64,000 nucleotides of DNA from the NCBI GenBank assembly GCA_010909165.1, contig MU008177.1, positions 682,001 through 746,000 on the forward strand, in the 5' to 3' direction. The translations under genes and the position numbers were made by a program. The notes below the pieces were generated by a model. The model saw nothing but the letters and a program-made list of their open reading frames with translations, searched no databases and was not told the DNA's origin. Of this stretch, positions 1 through 12,110 are shown piece after piece. Each line of letters begins with the position of its first letter. Position 1 is the stretch's first letter. This DNA is from Anthoceros angustus. Taxonomy: Eukaryota; Plantae; Anthocerotophyta.

Positions 1-368
1 TTTACCGAAGCAAAACTCACGCCTTCATGCGCCACGACTTTTGGTGCATGATACAAAAGGGTTGGGGAATTTTTCATAACCAAGGTGGCTAGCAAATAAT
101 CTGACAAGACACGACCGTTGCTAAAACGGCCTGTCGCCTTTTTTGTATCAAATTCTTGACCATATGGATAGTAATTTGCTTTTGCATTTGCTTTTAAGTG
201 CAAATGATTATTGTTGCCTATATCTGCCAAAGAATCTCCAAAAGAATACAAAGATCCATTGAATCTATGGCGATGCGAAAGTGCCTGTTCCGATACAACG
301 CTCGTGAATAAGATACATAAGATAATAATTTGAATACTTGATATATTGAAGAATAGTTTCCTCCCCAT
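1..368 (-). CDS. GDSL esterase/lipase, 5' part of a tandem copy (runs off the window; apparent frameshift)
   Basis: Translates to ...FGDSLADIGNN...NYYPYGQEFDTKKATGRFSNGRVLSD (GDSL blocks I-II). Near-identical to 3310-3674, offset about 3306 bp. Confidence 0.8.
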   Translation of the reverse strand, partial: MGRKLFFNISSIQIIILCILFTSVVSEQALSHRHRFNGSLYSFGDSLADIGNNNHLHLKANAKANYYPYGQEFDTKKATGRFSNGRVLSDYLLATLVMKNSPTLLYHAPKVVAHEGVSFASV

Positions 369-1760
369 CTCTTAAACATAGCATCCAAAAAACAATTTCA
401 ATAATCAAACACAAGAGAGAAAAAACTTTTTCAAGACAAAGAAGCCTTAATTGCAAACACACTAGTACCATTGATGGTTCTCAAACTTTTGTCAATATCT
501 GGCTCTAAACAACATCAAGGACTTACCTTTGCCAAGGGTGCAAGCTACCACAATTATAAACCTCGACACCTGGGTGTCTGTGTTTCAAATCACGACAAGG
601 GAAAAATGTATAAATTATGGCTGCAAGCACCTTTATATATTTCATTTCCCTTTTAATTTTAAAAAAGCATATCTCATGCAGATCTCACACAGCTAAACTC
701 GTAATAGGGAGTGGAGAGGGATCTCCAACATTATGGGGAGTTATAAGTTATCTAGAGGTGGATACTAGTCCTACCCTTTTGCGACTTATTTAGTTACCAT
801 TTGGGTGTGTAATCCAAACCTCTCTTGTAGATTAGTAATGGTCTATAAACCAATAATCAGTTGAATCACTAATTGTACAGGCCTATCTTCTAGAAAGCTC
901 TAGCCATATTGTTTTATAGCAATTTAATGATTTTTTTAGAATAAGAAAGTACACAGTAGAATTTTCTAGTGCCAACAATTAAAGGGCTCCAATCTTTACC
1001 TGTGGAAAGCATTATCTAGGCCTTACGATAGGTTGGCTAACTCTTCTTGCCACTGTAGGATGGGGGAGTGGAGCACAAAGGTATTGATTCACTACCTAAT
1101 TCTTTGGTGCTCTTCTTCACAAAGATAAAATGGCTGGGACTTCTCTGTAGGTCCAGCTAGCACGGCAAAGCTTGCACAGCTAGCAAATAATGGAGCCCCA
1201 ACCCTAGCTATGGTAAATAAAATGAGGCAAATAACTGTGAATTGAGATACAAGATAACCTACTCGTACACTCACTTGCCTATTTATCCAGATATCATCCC
1301 ACCATTGGTTCAGGTTGAGAAACACAAAAGGTAGGTTTGCGGTTGGAATGATCGAACTATCTAAATTGGATATATATACTTGCAACAAGTTAGTTCAATA
1401 GGTCTTTTGTTCTAACAACTATATGCTCGTTTCTAATTGTAAAGGAGGTTCAAACTCTAACTTGGAATCATATTGGACACTTGATATTTCTTTTCCTCCT
1501 TTCCTCCTCACACTTTCCTCCATGTCTTTGGGTTTAGCTGGGGCCCAAGCCCAAAACACTTTAACCTGTATAGGTACCTATCACACAATTTTAATTTTGG
1601 AATCAAAATAATGTGTTTTAGACAAAAGTATTCAAAAACTGAATTCAAACCCAAGTCAATTTATATCAATACTGCTAATTTATATATATCAATTTAAAAT
1701 ATTATAGACAAAGCAACAATTTGAGCAGTTTTCTACTCTCATCCATCCTCTGTAAATGTC

Positions 1761-1931
1761 TGTCCAAATGGCTTAGGCCAAATGGACACACACTTACAAC
1801 AACGTGGCTATTAAGCATTCTACACTTCAATCGGTACTTAGACGGGGTCCCTAGAAGGAGTGTACATGTCCTTGGAGCTATTATCTTAGGCACCCCATGG
1901 TCCAAGTTGTCTAATACCTGCAAGTCCCATG
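1761..1931. repeat. Dispersed ~170-bp repeat, second copy at 22145-22310
   Basis: Both begin tgtccaaatggcttaggccaaatggacacaca and end ...ccatgg(t/c)...aagtcccatg. Confidence 0.8.
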
Positions 1932-2286
1932 ATAGTCTCAAAGTCGTTCGAATGCCAACCTAGCATGGCCCCGATCAATATGCCCATTGAGTGGTTGATT
2001 GGACGCTAGGCTTGACCCAACGATGCTATCTAGATCTTCAGCTGCAACTCCGCACAAACGACGTCAAGCTAAAATACTTTCGACAACCAAAAATTGGGAA
2101 CAAAAAAACTCTCAGTGTAGCATATAATAATGCATTGTAAACTATATTTCTAAAAGTTTACAAAAAATATCTAATTTCAAAACTTAGATGCATTTTCTAC
2201 TGCAAGATGTCTCTATCTTCTAATCGTTCTGTTCTAAATTCAGCTCTATAAGAGACACTCATCTCTTGTGGATGAGTGTTTCTCTT

Positions 2287-3674
2287 TCACGTGAATTTAG
2301 CGGTAAGTCCTTTGTCTCCATTCACAATAAATTCATTGGTGCAACCACTTGAAGGGGAAGGTGACCCACTAGGATATGAGTATTCATCATCATAGCCATC
2401 GGACGAAGGGCTGTCACATTGATATGGCTCAGGTGCAGAAGGATAATCATCACTTGGCGGGGCATCATCATATGGGGTGCTAGGCTCAGACACTGTCGCT
2501 GGACTACTTGAACTGCTACTTGAACTGCTACTTGAACTGCTTCCGCCTTTAATTGAAATATCCCAATTATATGTTACATTGGCGTTGCATAGGCCTTCTA
2601 TACTCCCACTACCTTCAAGAGTAACAGTCCAGATCCTTTGAAATACCACCGGAAGATCAAAAATATCCACAAAATGATAGGGATCCCACCATATGAAATT
2701 CTTGGAATCATGACAATGTTTTGTGTGCTTTTCACATGGAGTTTTTCCGTCACCGCAACATGCTCTTGTAGAATGTTGAAATCCATACTTAGAAGGGTGG
2801 TGAATAATCTCATTAGTCGCATGAAAAGTTGGAAGAAAAATATATCGAGCTTCATGAAGTTTGTCATGAAAATGTGCATGAAGATGATTATTCATCTTCG
2901 TATTGTAGGCATGAATATGCTCATTGACATCTTTATTGCATCCAGATGATTTAGTAGCATGAATAACCAAAGGCGAACACCCCAAAGATCCAACATCAGC
3001 TATGATGAACTTTCGTGCTCCTTGTTTATACAATTTGTTGATATTAACCTCCATCCTCTTTATGAGGGTTTTACGAAATGCTTTCGTAGAAATATTCCGC
3101 CTAGCAACAATTCTTTGTATAAAGTCATCGGTACCTACATCAATATAATATAATGAGTGTGCTAGATGTCTTGCAACATGATGTCTTACATTACTGGTAC
3201 CCTTTCGCTTAAGTTGTTTAGCGAGACGTGGTACCAATTTTTCTTGAAACAATTCCACTTGACGATTAAATGGTAAAACACGTCCATATTGCCTTCCGGT
3301 CGTGCAACAATCCCGCTTTACGGAAGCAAAACTCACGCCTTCATGCGCCACTTTTGGTGCATGATACAAAAAGGGTTGGGGAATTTTTCATAACCAAGGT
3401 GGCTAGCAAAATAATCGACAAGACACGGCTGCTAAACGGCACGCCTTTTTGTATCAAATTCTTGACCATATGGATAGTAATTTGCTTTTGCATTTGCTTT
3501 TAAGTGCAAATGATTATTGTTACCTATATCTGCCAAAGAATCTCCAAAAGAATACAAAGATCCATTGAATCTATGGCGATGCGAAAGTGCCTGTTCCGAT
3601 ACAACGCTCGTGAATAAGATACATAAGATAATAATTTGAATCCTTGATATATTGAAGAATAGTTTCCTCCCCAT
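2287..3674 (-). CDS. GDSL esterase/lipase, intronless, with Ser/Pro/Asp/Tyr-rich C-terminal tail; frameshifted around 3370-3450
   Basis: Signal-peptide-like N-terminus, FGDSLADIGNN, GVSFAS, YIDVGTDDF, GARKFIIADVGSLGCSP, CCG, WDPYH (DxxH). Split across ORFs 3432-3674 and 2287-3369. Confidence 0.8.
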
Positions 3675-5513
3675 CTCTTAAACATAGCATCCAAAAAACA
3701 ATTTCAATAATCAAACACAAGAGAGAAAAAACTTTTTCAAGACAAAGAAGTCTTAATTGCAAACACACTAGTACCATTGATGGTTCTCAAAGTTTTGTCA
3801 ATATCTGGCTCTAAACAACATCAAGGACTTACCTTTGCCAAGGGTGCAAGCCACCACAATTATAAACCTCGACACCCAGGTGTCTGTGTTTCAAATCACG
3901 ACAAGGGAAAAATGTATAAATTATGGCTGCAAGCACCTTTATATATTCCATTTCCATTGTTAGTTTAAAAAAGCATATCTCATGCAGATCTCACACAGCT
4001 AAACTCATAATAGAGAGTGGAGAGGGATCTCCAACTTTATTAAGAATTGCAACTTATCTAGAGGTAGATACTAGTCCTATCCTTTTGCGACATATTTATT
4101 TACCATTTGGGGGTGTAATCCAAACCTCTCTTGTGGATTAGTAATGGTCTATAAACCAATAATCAATTGAATCACTAATTGTATGGGCCTATGTTCGAGA
4201 AAGCTCTAACCATATTCTTTTATACCTATTTAATGATTGTTTTTTTGAGAATAAGAAATTATACTATTGCAGAATTTTCAAGTACCAACAACTAGGGGAT
4301 GCAAGTGCGTAAACAAGTTGTAAATGCACAAGATGCAAGTTAATAAAGAAGCAATCGTGTAGAAGAAGATGAGGATAATTTCAATATTATAAACTTGAGG
4401 TCTTTCGTGGAGGAACTCACATATGAGAGTTGTCATCACTTGACAATGATTTACAAGCCACGTCTAAGTAACCTAAAACAACTAAACTAATGATAAGACT
4501 ATCTGAAAAGAGGTCCCAAAGTTGTAATCTTGTTCAATGGACAATAAAACACAAAGTTAGTATTTAGGGTGAAAGGAAGGCGTGTAAGATGCAATTCAAC
4601 ACATCAAAACCAGACAGTTGGTGTTGGAACTAGAAGTTTTGGAAATAGTCCTTCGGTGAGCGGTTACATATAACTTAAATATTAGTGTAAATTCACAGAG
4701 AGCCTAAGAGCTAACATGAACGTTTAGCAGGGTGCTATTGAGGCGTTGGACATGCCTAGACAAACATTCTTTTGCTAATTCTCGCGGGAAGGCTACTTTG
4801 CAAATCCTAGGCACACAAGCTTTCATGTTTTTCAGCCTTTCGATATGAGATTTTAACAATGGGCTAAGAAATGGAATCATGTTTCTTGAATTGTGAATTT
4901 GAGGCTTGCATGCTTTAGAGTCGAAAGATAAGTCACAAAAACACAATATGAGATGTAGCTAGAGCAGCTTTAGAATTTTTAATATTGAGACCCTTAATAG
5001 TGATACCCAGATAACAAGTGTAATAGAATACTTTCATGCATACAAAGTTGAGGGCCAAGTAAGTTTGGTTCCCTTGTTGATGTGGCATGTCATGATCCAC
5101 AGTTAAGAGTGGATGATGACGTCGAATAGCCTTGCTGCATACGACAAAGAGAAAATGCACAAGGGAAAGCATCAGAAACTGTCCACCAAGAATATACGCA
5201 TATATCACTTATGTGACTCGCCTTCCCACTATACATACATATATGTATATACATATGTAAGATAAGATAATTAAGATAAGCTTTATTGAACCAAGATATA
5301 AGAAGCAAGACTCGGCACTAACCTCTCGTTTTATTTGCGAAGTGGTATGTGCCTGTGTATGGTATATACGGGCGCATCAGATATTATTTTGTCCCATAAT
5401 ATATTGCTGTGTATGCATACATATTATGTAAACCACAGAACTTAAGAAAAAAATGTGCCTGCACTTTCTCTCCCCTTTGATATGCCATGGTGGGACAGCA
5501 TGCAACATAGGAC

Positions 5514-5638
5514 GATCGTCCATTCACTTGATTTTTGGTGAGGTTCAAACTATGACCAAACAACATGATCAAGTTGCGATCGTCCATTTGTCTGATTTTC
5601 GGCGAGGTCCAAACGGTGGCCAAACAACATGCTCAAGG
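5514..5638. repeat. Two ~61-bp direct repeats, 64-bp period
   Basis: cgatcgtccatt...tgattt...gaggt.caaac...ccaaacaacatg.tcaag occurs twice. Confidence 0.75.
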
Positions 5639-6049
5639 CAGCCGGAGTTGGTGAGTAGCTCGTTTCTCTCTTGGAGTGCTGGAATCGCAGGCGTGGACAT
5701 ACCCTATTTCTCTGTCTCTGCTATGCATTGTGTCAAAATTAATAAACAAAGCAAAAAATCATGCTGTATTAAACAAGAGAATAAACAAGTGACAAGGACA
5801 AAACCCTTCTAGCTCATATATACCAGAGCAACTAGAATTATAAATAGTAAATTTTACTTTTTTGAAATGGTAATATCTATTTCTTCTAAGTACAGCTATT
5901 AAGAAGAAGAAGAAGAAGAAAAGAAGAATTTTATTTAAGAATTTTAAGGAGTTGGTTGTGGGGCAACGAGTCCTTATACTGACTTCCAAACTTGGACTTA
6001 GACATGAGTTGAGTGCATACTTGGGGAAACATAATCTTTCGCCGACGCC

Positions 6050-6750
6050 TTGGAATCTGGCAGACGTGCACTGTGATGTGATGCCGAGTGGCGTTCCTGA
6101 TAACTTGTTTGTTGGCACCTGTCTGGTGGTCATGTATGCAAAAGGTGGCGGATAGTTGGACAGCGTGGCCAACATCGGATGCCCTGAACATCTGGGGTAT
6201 GGAAATTACGGTGAGCTTAAAAGATGCATGCCCGGTCCGCGACAGCAAGGGCACAAAGGATGCGGGGGCATAGAATGCCCTGATTGCTGCGATGGAGCAT
6301 GAGCGCTTGTTGTGTATGGAAAAGTGGAGTAGGAAGGCCTCATTTTGGCTGGCCGTGTTATCTCTGCTTGCCTTGGCTTGCGTAGGCCTTCAGAAAGGGC
6401 AGGAAACTGCCTGATGACTGCACGGCCATGGATGAAAAAGCCACTTTGGCTGACCCTGCTACTTTTGCTTGCCTTCTAACGGCCTGCGGAAACACTTGTG
6501 CCTTGCAGAAGGCCCAGGAGGTAGCTGCATTCACTGATTTATGGAAGAAGACTGCTGGGTAACTTAGTCATGGGCAACTGCCAAAATGTGTCGAAACAGA
6601 AGATTGCCTTGTTTTCAGCAGCTCGATCCACGTAGAGTGCGGTGACATGAAATGCTTCACTTGGCTGGCCCTGTTATTTGTGCTTGCCTTTTACAGGCCT
6701 GATGAAACACTTGTGCCTTCCGGAAGGGCAGCCAGGGTGCTCAGGTTTGT
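6050..6750 (+). pseudogene. Decayed PLS-class PPR relic
   Basis: VHCDVMPSGVPDNLFVGTCLVVMYAKGG resembles an L-S PPR junction. Further fragments LAVLS..AC..GLQKG and LHSLIYGRRLLGNLVMGN, with many stops and frameshifts. Confidence 0.6.
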
Positions 6751-7321
6751 TCTGTCCTTGCGGCGGACGAGGTCACAAGAGTGTGCCTGTCGAGGCGAGC
6801 GCAAGGCTCCCCTCCCCTCACCCTGGTTGTATGATGTTGCAGAGTAGTCTCCATGAGATACTTTCCACATAAATGAAGTGTCAATTGTTCTCAAACACAC
6901 AATCAACCTTATCGGATTGGCAGAGGCTGATTCAAGGGTACGAAAGACACAGGATTTCCTCACAGAAGCGAGGGTGAGATTGGTGCAATTTTTTGGTTAC
7001 GGATAAACGACCTAGAGACGAGTTGAGAGTGAAAAAGACGAATGCGGAAGTGCGTGGGGCGTAAAGAACAGATAATAGGCAAATTCATGCACGTAGTTAT
7101 CGACCCCGACGGGAGGCAGTAGAGAGAGGGGGGATAGAGAGATCGAAGGTAGCGGCTCTTATTGGCGCTGGCGAGATAAGGTCTCTGTTTCTCTCTCCAT
7201 CCCGATCCTTCTCCTCCTCAAGCCTCAAGCCTGGGGCCGTTACCCTCGTGGTGAGAGTGCGAGCGAGAGCATCCTCCAGAATTCGCTTGCTGCAGCCTGC
7301 ATTCCTGCTTCTGCCTGCGCA

Positions 7322-8340
7322 ATGGCTGCCACCGCCGCTACCGCGTCCGGCCTCGCCGTGCAGCAGGCGAGCAGCCTGAGCTCCGCTTCCCGGAGCTTCG
7401 TGGCCGGCAGCGCCTCTGTGTCGGTCAAGGTGGCCCCCGTCTCCCTGGCCAGGGCGGCCGTGGTGACCTGCAGAGCGGAGAAGGTCGAGGAGGAGCAGCA
7501 GCAGGTGACCAGGCGGCTGGCTTTGGCTCTGTTCGCTGGAGCCGCCGTGGTCGGCAGCCGGGCCCAGCCTGCCAATGCCGCCTACGGCGAGCAGGCCAAT
7601 GTCTTCGGCGCCCCCAAGGTGCAATCGGGATTCACCACGCTTGTCAAGGACAAGTTCAAGATTGACATCCCGTCCAAGTGGAACCCCAGCAAGGAGGTGG
7701 AGTTCCCCGGACAGGTGCTGAGATACGAGGACAACTTCGACGCCACCTCGAATGTCAGCGTTAGCGTCGTGGATACTGACAAGTCCGACATTTCTGATTA
7801 CGGCACCCCCGAGGACTTCGTCGGCCAAGTAATGCGTCTTGTCCTTGCCCTTGCCCGTTTTAGTCCCGCTCTGGCTCCCCTGAGCTGTCGAAGGTTTTTC
7901 TGACTGACGGCTTGTTTCAATTGCAGGTATCTTATTTGTTTGGAAAGTCTAGCTACAGCGGCAAGACTGGATCCGAGGTGAGCCGCTTTGGCGATCTGCT
8001 TTGTTGGCCTCTCAATTTCGTGAATTTGTTCTGCCTCATTTTGCGGCGGGAGCTTACATTTTCGTCATCGCAGGGAGGGTTTGATCGTGATGCCGTCTCC
8101 ACCGCTAACATCCTAGAGGCCTCAGAGAAGGAGGTCAACGGGAAGAAGTACTACTATGTGTCCGTGCTTACCCGCACAGCCGACGGTGATGAGGGCGGCA
8201 GACACCAACTTGTTGTCGGAGCTGTGTCTGACGGCAAGCTGTACCTCGTGAAGGCCCAGGCTGGTGACAAGAGGTGGTTCAAGGGTGCCAAGAAATTCGT
8301 CGAGGGCTCCGCTAACTCATTCAACGTCAACGTAGCTTAG
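7322..8340 (+). CDS. PSBP: Oxygen-evolving enhancer protein 2 (PsbP); exons 7322-7828, 7927-7977, 8074-8340
   Basis: Bipartite transit peptide with RR and ANA-AYGE cleavage site; [24 protein letters not shown]; [15 protein letters not shown] introns restore the frame. Confidence 0.97.
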
Positions 8341-8901
8341 ACATTTCAGGACCAACTCGAGACTATCAGTCGATTTTCCCGTTGCAAGATCAGTTTGTGA
8401 TTGTATATGTTCCAAGATGTATGTACCTGTCAGAACAAATCCTCGTCTCCAAAGAGTTGTGAATGAACAATCGGACTTGTAATACAAAATTCTTGATTGC
8501 ACGCACTCTTACGTTTACACCCATGGATGTTAAGTGCCCTAATTCTTGCCAGAAATCCGAACTGCCAAAAATTTCAAGAGTTTAGAGGTCACTCCCTCAT
8601 TAGCATACACTATGCCCAGAAAAGCTCTGTCTCTGAGCTGAATGAGGGCAGTGTGAAAACACTATCTACACATCACCTCCATCACCCGAGGCTGCTAGCC
8701 AGAATTTACCGGACTGCCTTCGCTATAAGATTGCACACATAATCACCATAGCTCTGCAGTCAAGCCCCAAGGCCCCAAGGCAAGATTAAGCATTTTGCCG
8801 ACCGTGGGAAGCATACCAAGCACACAACTTAAAGAGGAAATGCAGGCAGAGTACCAGCTGGGTGTCTACACTGGCCAATCCCACGTTGCTCTAAGTGGAG
8901 A

Positions 8902-9468
8902 TCAAAGCTGGGCAGAAATATGAGATGTAGAAGTGCGGTCCCTTCTCCTACTGGCCTGCAGCAGAGCCCAAGCCTTGGTCCGCTCTGCACCGTCCTTCCA
9001 ACGCTTCACTCGGGCAGAGTCTCGTCTCGCCGTAGCAAGCCTCATAGCTTTTATCTTTTCCTGCGCTTGCTTCTTAGCAAACTCCGATCTCTGCAGCATC
9101 CGCTTCTTATGCTTCCGATTCCTGAGGCTGCCGTCGTTAGGGCGAGAGGGAGGAACTTCCTCGTCCTTGCCGACTTTAATCCAAGCATACGGTCCATACC
9201 CCTTCCTCAGCAAGGCTCGCTTGGCGTAACTCCGCTCCTTGAACCACATACATGCCAGGCCCGAGACCCTGTTGCTTTGAAACAGCCGCTCCCTGCATGG
9301 TTGCAGTCTTGGCACAAGAGCGGCTCCGAGCTCCGCACAGCCACCCGACCAAAAGTCCCGACGAAGAATCCCGGCAGCGTGGTGCGCTTGGATCAGGTCA
9401 GGGCTGTGCACGCTCAAGAAGAAGCGGTGCGCTTGCCTCAGGGCTTGCATCGTTCGGACGGTAGCCAT
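8902..9468 (-). CDS. Small K/R-rich protein with mitochondrial-type presequence (resembles Arabidopsis At5g49210 family, from memory)
   Basis: Open frame from MATVRTMQALRQ; motif PYAWIKVG..PPSRPNDGSLRNRKHKKRMLQR followed by a basic coiled region. A diverged duplicate at 23096-23640 supports it. Confidence 0.65.
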   Translation of the reverse strand: MATVRTMQALRQAHRFFLSVHSPDLIQAHHAAGILRRDFWSGGCAELGAALVPRLQPCRERLFQSNRVSGLACMWFKERSYAKRALLRKGYGPYAWIKVGKDEEVPPSRPNDGSLRNRKHKKRMLQRSEFAKKQAQEKIKAMRLATARRDSARVKRWKDGAERTKAWALLQASRRRDRTSTSHISAQL

Positions 9469-9569
9469 GGCCTGCTTGCGTATGCATAACAAATCATGGC
9501 AGGTCTAGGGACACATAGGTTTGTACTTTTGGCTTCAGTGAGGCTCTCCCGCTCCGCGACTAAACTCCC

Positions 9570-9770
9570 ATGGGGTACCCAACGGAGTGGCTGATGCGGC
9601 AGAAGGTGGTTGCCATGGAGACGGGTAAGATCCTGAGGGAGCGCGTGAACCCATGCTACAGGCACGAAGGGGTCAGCCACTTCTCCAAGTGTCAGGATGC
9701 TGTGCAGCTCGACCTGGAATCAATCAAGACCTTCGGCTGGGCAGGGACGCCCGCTCGACCTACATGGAGA
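9570..9770 (+). pseudogene. NDUFB10: Fragment of complex I subunit NDUFB10/PDSW
   Basis: LMRQKVVAMETGKILRERVNPCYRHEGVSHFSKC..V...LESIK..GW resembles plant PDSW (KILREKVKWCYRVEGVNHYQKC). N-terminus missing and conserved residues substituted. Confidence 0.65.
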
Positions 9771-10037
9771 AGGATGTCTATCCATGCTGGCCTGCAATCA
9801 GGTGTGGGATTTTAAGGCCTTGCCTGGCCAAGTGTGTATCATCGTCACCATTCTGCTTCTCACAAATTTTTTCCTCTTGCGCGCGTAGCACTCATCCGAT
9901 GGTTCCTTCTACCTCCAGAAGTTGGTTCCAACCTCTTCGACCTGGTGGATTGCAGTGTTCAGATCTCTGTTTGGTGTCATTTGAACAGATGAAAGTTACA
10001 CTAAGTAGTCCAGCTTTGAAAAATTCTTGTTTATCAG

Positions 10038-12078
10038 TCACTTTTCGAGCACAAACTCCTGAACTTGAATCCCGGTGTGGCGAGCTCCCCCCTGAATGCT
10101 CAACAACACGGTGTCCTGCGCTTTCAGGCTTGTTACTGGGATGGCCAGGCCTCCTCCATTCTCCTCCAGCGCTGCACGAACGATGCTGACAATCACGCAC
10201 AGTAGTCTGGCAGAGGGGGGAGGATGGCAAGGAGGATCATGTCTTTACCTGTGGAGGGTTGGACCAGACAGACTGTTTCTGCGTTCTGAAGGAGTAGGCT
10301 GTGCTTTGAACCATCAGCCTGCATCCGGTAGGCAAGGGGGTTGAGTCAGTGGCAACGTACCCTTCGTTGTGCTTGAAGCTCTACTGGAAGGACTTCTTGA
10401 CACATAAGTATAACACACCTCGCCTTCGACGAGCATGAGCGGCCTCGATTCGATCTTCGAGCGACCAACCAGAACGGCCCGTGTCTGTCCACTCTCGTCA
10501 GCCACGAGTACCTCAACCCCAGTTCGCAGCTCGGAGAGATACGACGTCCTCCCACCTGGCATGGCCACATAGGCATGTACAGGGCCCTGCCAAAGGAACC
10601 TGATCATGGGCGTTAATGGCACCAACCATCCAGTCATCAAGCACAGTAATAGCTTCTGAGCGCTCCAACTGCTTACCGCATTCACACGGAAAGGTCGGCT
10701 AGCAATGTACGACGACTCCAGACACTCCGAATGCACCAGAAACAAAGCCCTTGCAAAAGAGCCAACCTGAAGAAGGAAGGCAAGTCAGCAGAGCCCCAGC
10801 AAATTGCACCCTTCCGCCTGATAGCAGACCCAGCACTTACCAAGAGCCCTTCACCAGGTCGCAACAGGCTGCAGAGATCTACGCAGACTCGATCCCCCAT
10901 ACCAACAGGTTGAACTCTTGTAATAGTAGCCGAAGTCAATTTCACCCTGTTCTCAAGGGCAAGCCTGGATTCCAAGTATGCCTGGTTAAAATCAGACATT
11001 AGAGCTCCCTCGGAAGGTTTTACTAAACCACAGCCGTGCAAACCCACACCACACCCTGAGAACCTCGGGGAACAAAGACAAACAACCTTAAGGTCGAAAA
11101 CCTCTGCAGGATCCTCTGTCTTGAGAAGGACACCATCAGTCCCTGTCTCCAGAGCCTGAAAGCCAACCGAACTCATCAAGATGTTTGTGACTCCAACACA
11201 GCCCAGCCACCACAACATTTTCTCAAATCACCTCGAAACACAGCTTCGCATCCATCGCAGAAGTCGCTGTAGCAAAGATTGACGATGGGCTGTTTTGAAA
11301 CGCCGCCACCATGTTCTCAGCTGGAATAATCTGTCCACAGGCCCCCAGCATGAATAACCTTCCAACGCAACCAACAATATCGCAACCAGAAGCAAGCAGG
11401 ACCGCAGTACCTGCCAGTCCAAAGCATCCATAACCACAATGTCCGCCTTCCCAACAAGCGACCTCACCACATCCTGTTCATTCCCAGAAGCCACCCCTCC
11501 CAGAACCGCAACCTGATTGCCCTCGTAGTCATAGAATTGCCCGTCCCTGAGCACCAGAGGCTCTATCCGGGCCACCGCTGCCAGTCCATCACAAACGCTG
11601 CTTCAGCAAGACAGGCAACGTGCATGCCAAATCGCAAAAAGCCGAAACGAGCTGACTCCGAGCTCCTACAGTTCCAAGACTCCGCCAGCTCCTGGGTCTG
11701 CGGTGTGAAGACGAAGGTACTCCATCCTCGCTCCACAGCCGCTGTCATCACATCCTTGTTCCGAGTCCACACCCACACTTTCTTCTCCCCCGCGTGCATT
11801 CTCACACCGGACGCCTTCCTCCCAGCTCGAATCCCGCAGGCCGCGGCCGCCGCTGCTCCCATGGGCCCCGACCCGCGCTGCAGCTGCAGTGCAGCTGCTG
11901 CACCTGCAGGGCCGCCATCGTGTAGCCCTGTTTCGCCCGGAGAAGCCGCACAGTAGAACGGGAGTTTTGGAAGCGGGAGCTGCGATGGCGGAGGCGATCT
12001 TGTGTGGGTCTCAGAGGGGGCTGCCGCCGGGGTCGCGCTCAGGCCGGAAGCGCAGAGGCTGCAGGCAAGAGCGGCCAT
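10038..12078 (-). CDS. 3-dehydroquinate synthase II-like protein, plastid-type (At3g28760-like), about 9 exons; alternative start at 11862
   Basis: [25 protein letters not shown]; DWQ|[12 protein letters not shown]; [11 protein letters not shown]; [25 protein letters not shown]; [27 protein letters not shown]; LLQNAETV; GARHTG...FVLEK*. Canonical GT-AG junctions. Confidence 0.92.
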
Positions 12079-12110
12079 GGGGGCTGGGTGTCCTGCGCGC
12101 GGGGGAGCAG

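Larger units (their letters stand above)
1..4295. repeat. Tandem duplication of the GDSL 5' region plus upstream DNA: 1-~985 matches ~3310-4295
   Basis: Near-identical ORFs 265-471 vs 3571-3777 and 471-656 vs 3777-3968. Similarity fades near 985/4295. Confidence 0.9.

Noticed and set aside
1092-1388. 98-aa ORF, plus short ORFs at 4704-5308
   Set aside because: AT-rich, no recognisable motif; probably degraded TE DNA that I cannot classify.
7097-7828. 243-aa ORF antisense to PsbP, and similar long antisense ORFs over riboflavin synthase, MRS2-11, HEME1 and the F-box gene
   Set aside because: Expected shadow ORFs of GC-rich coding DNA; no motifs.
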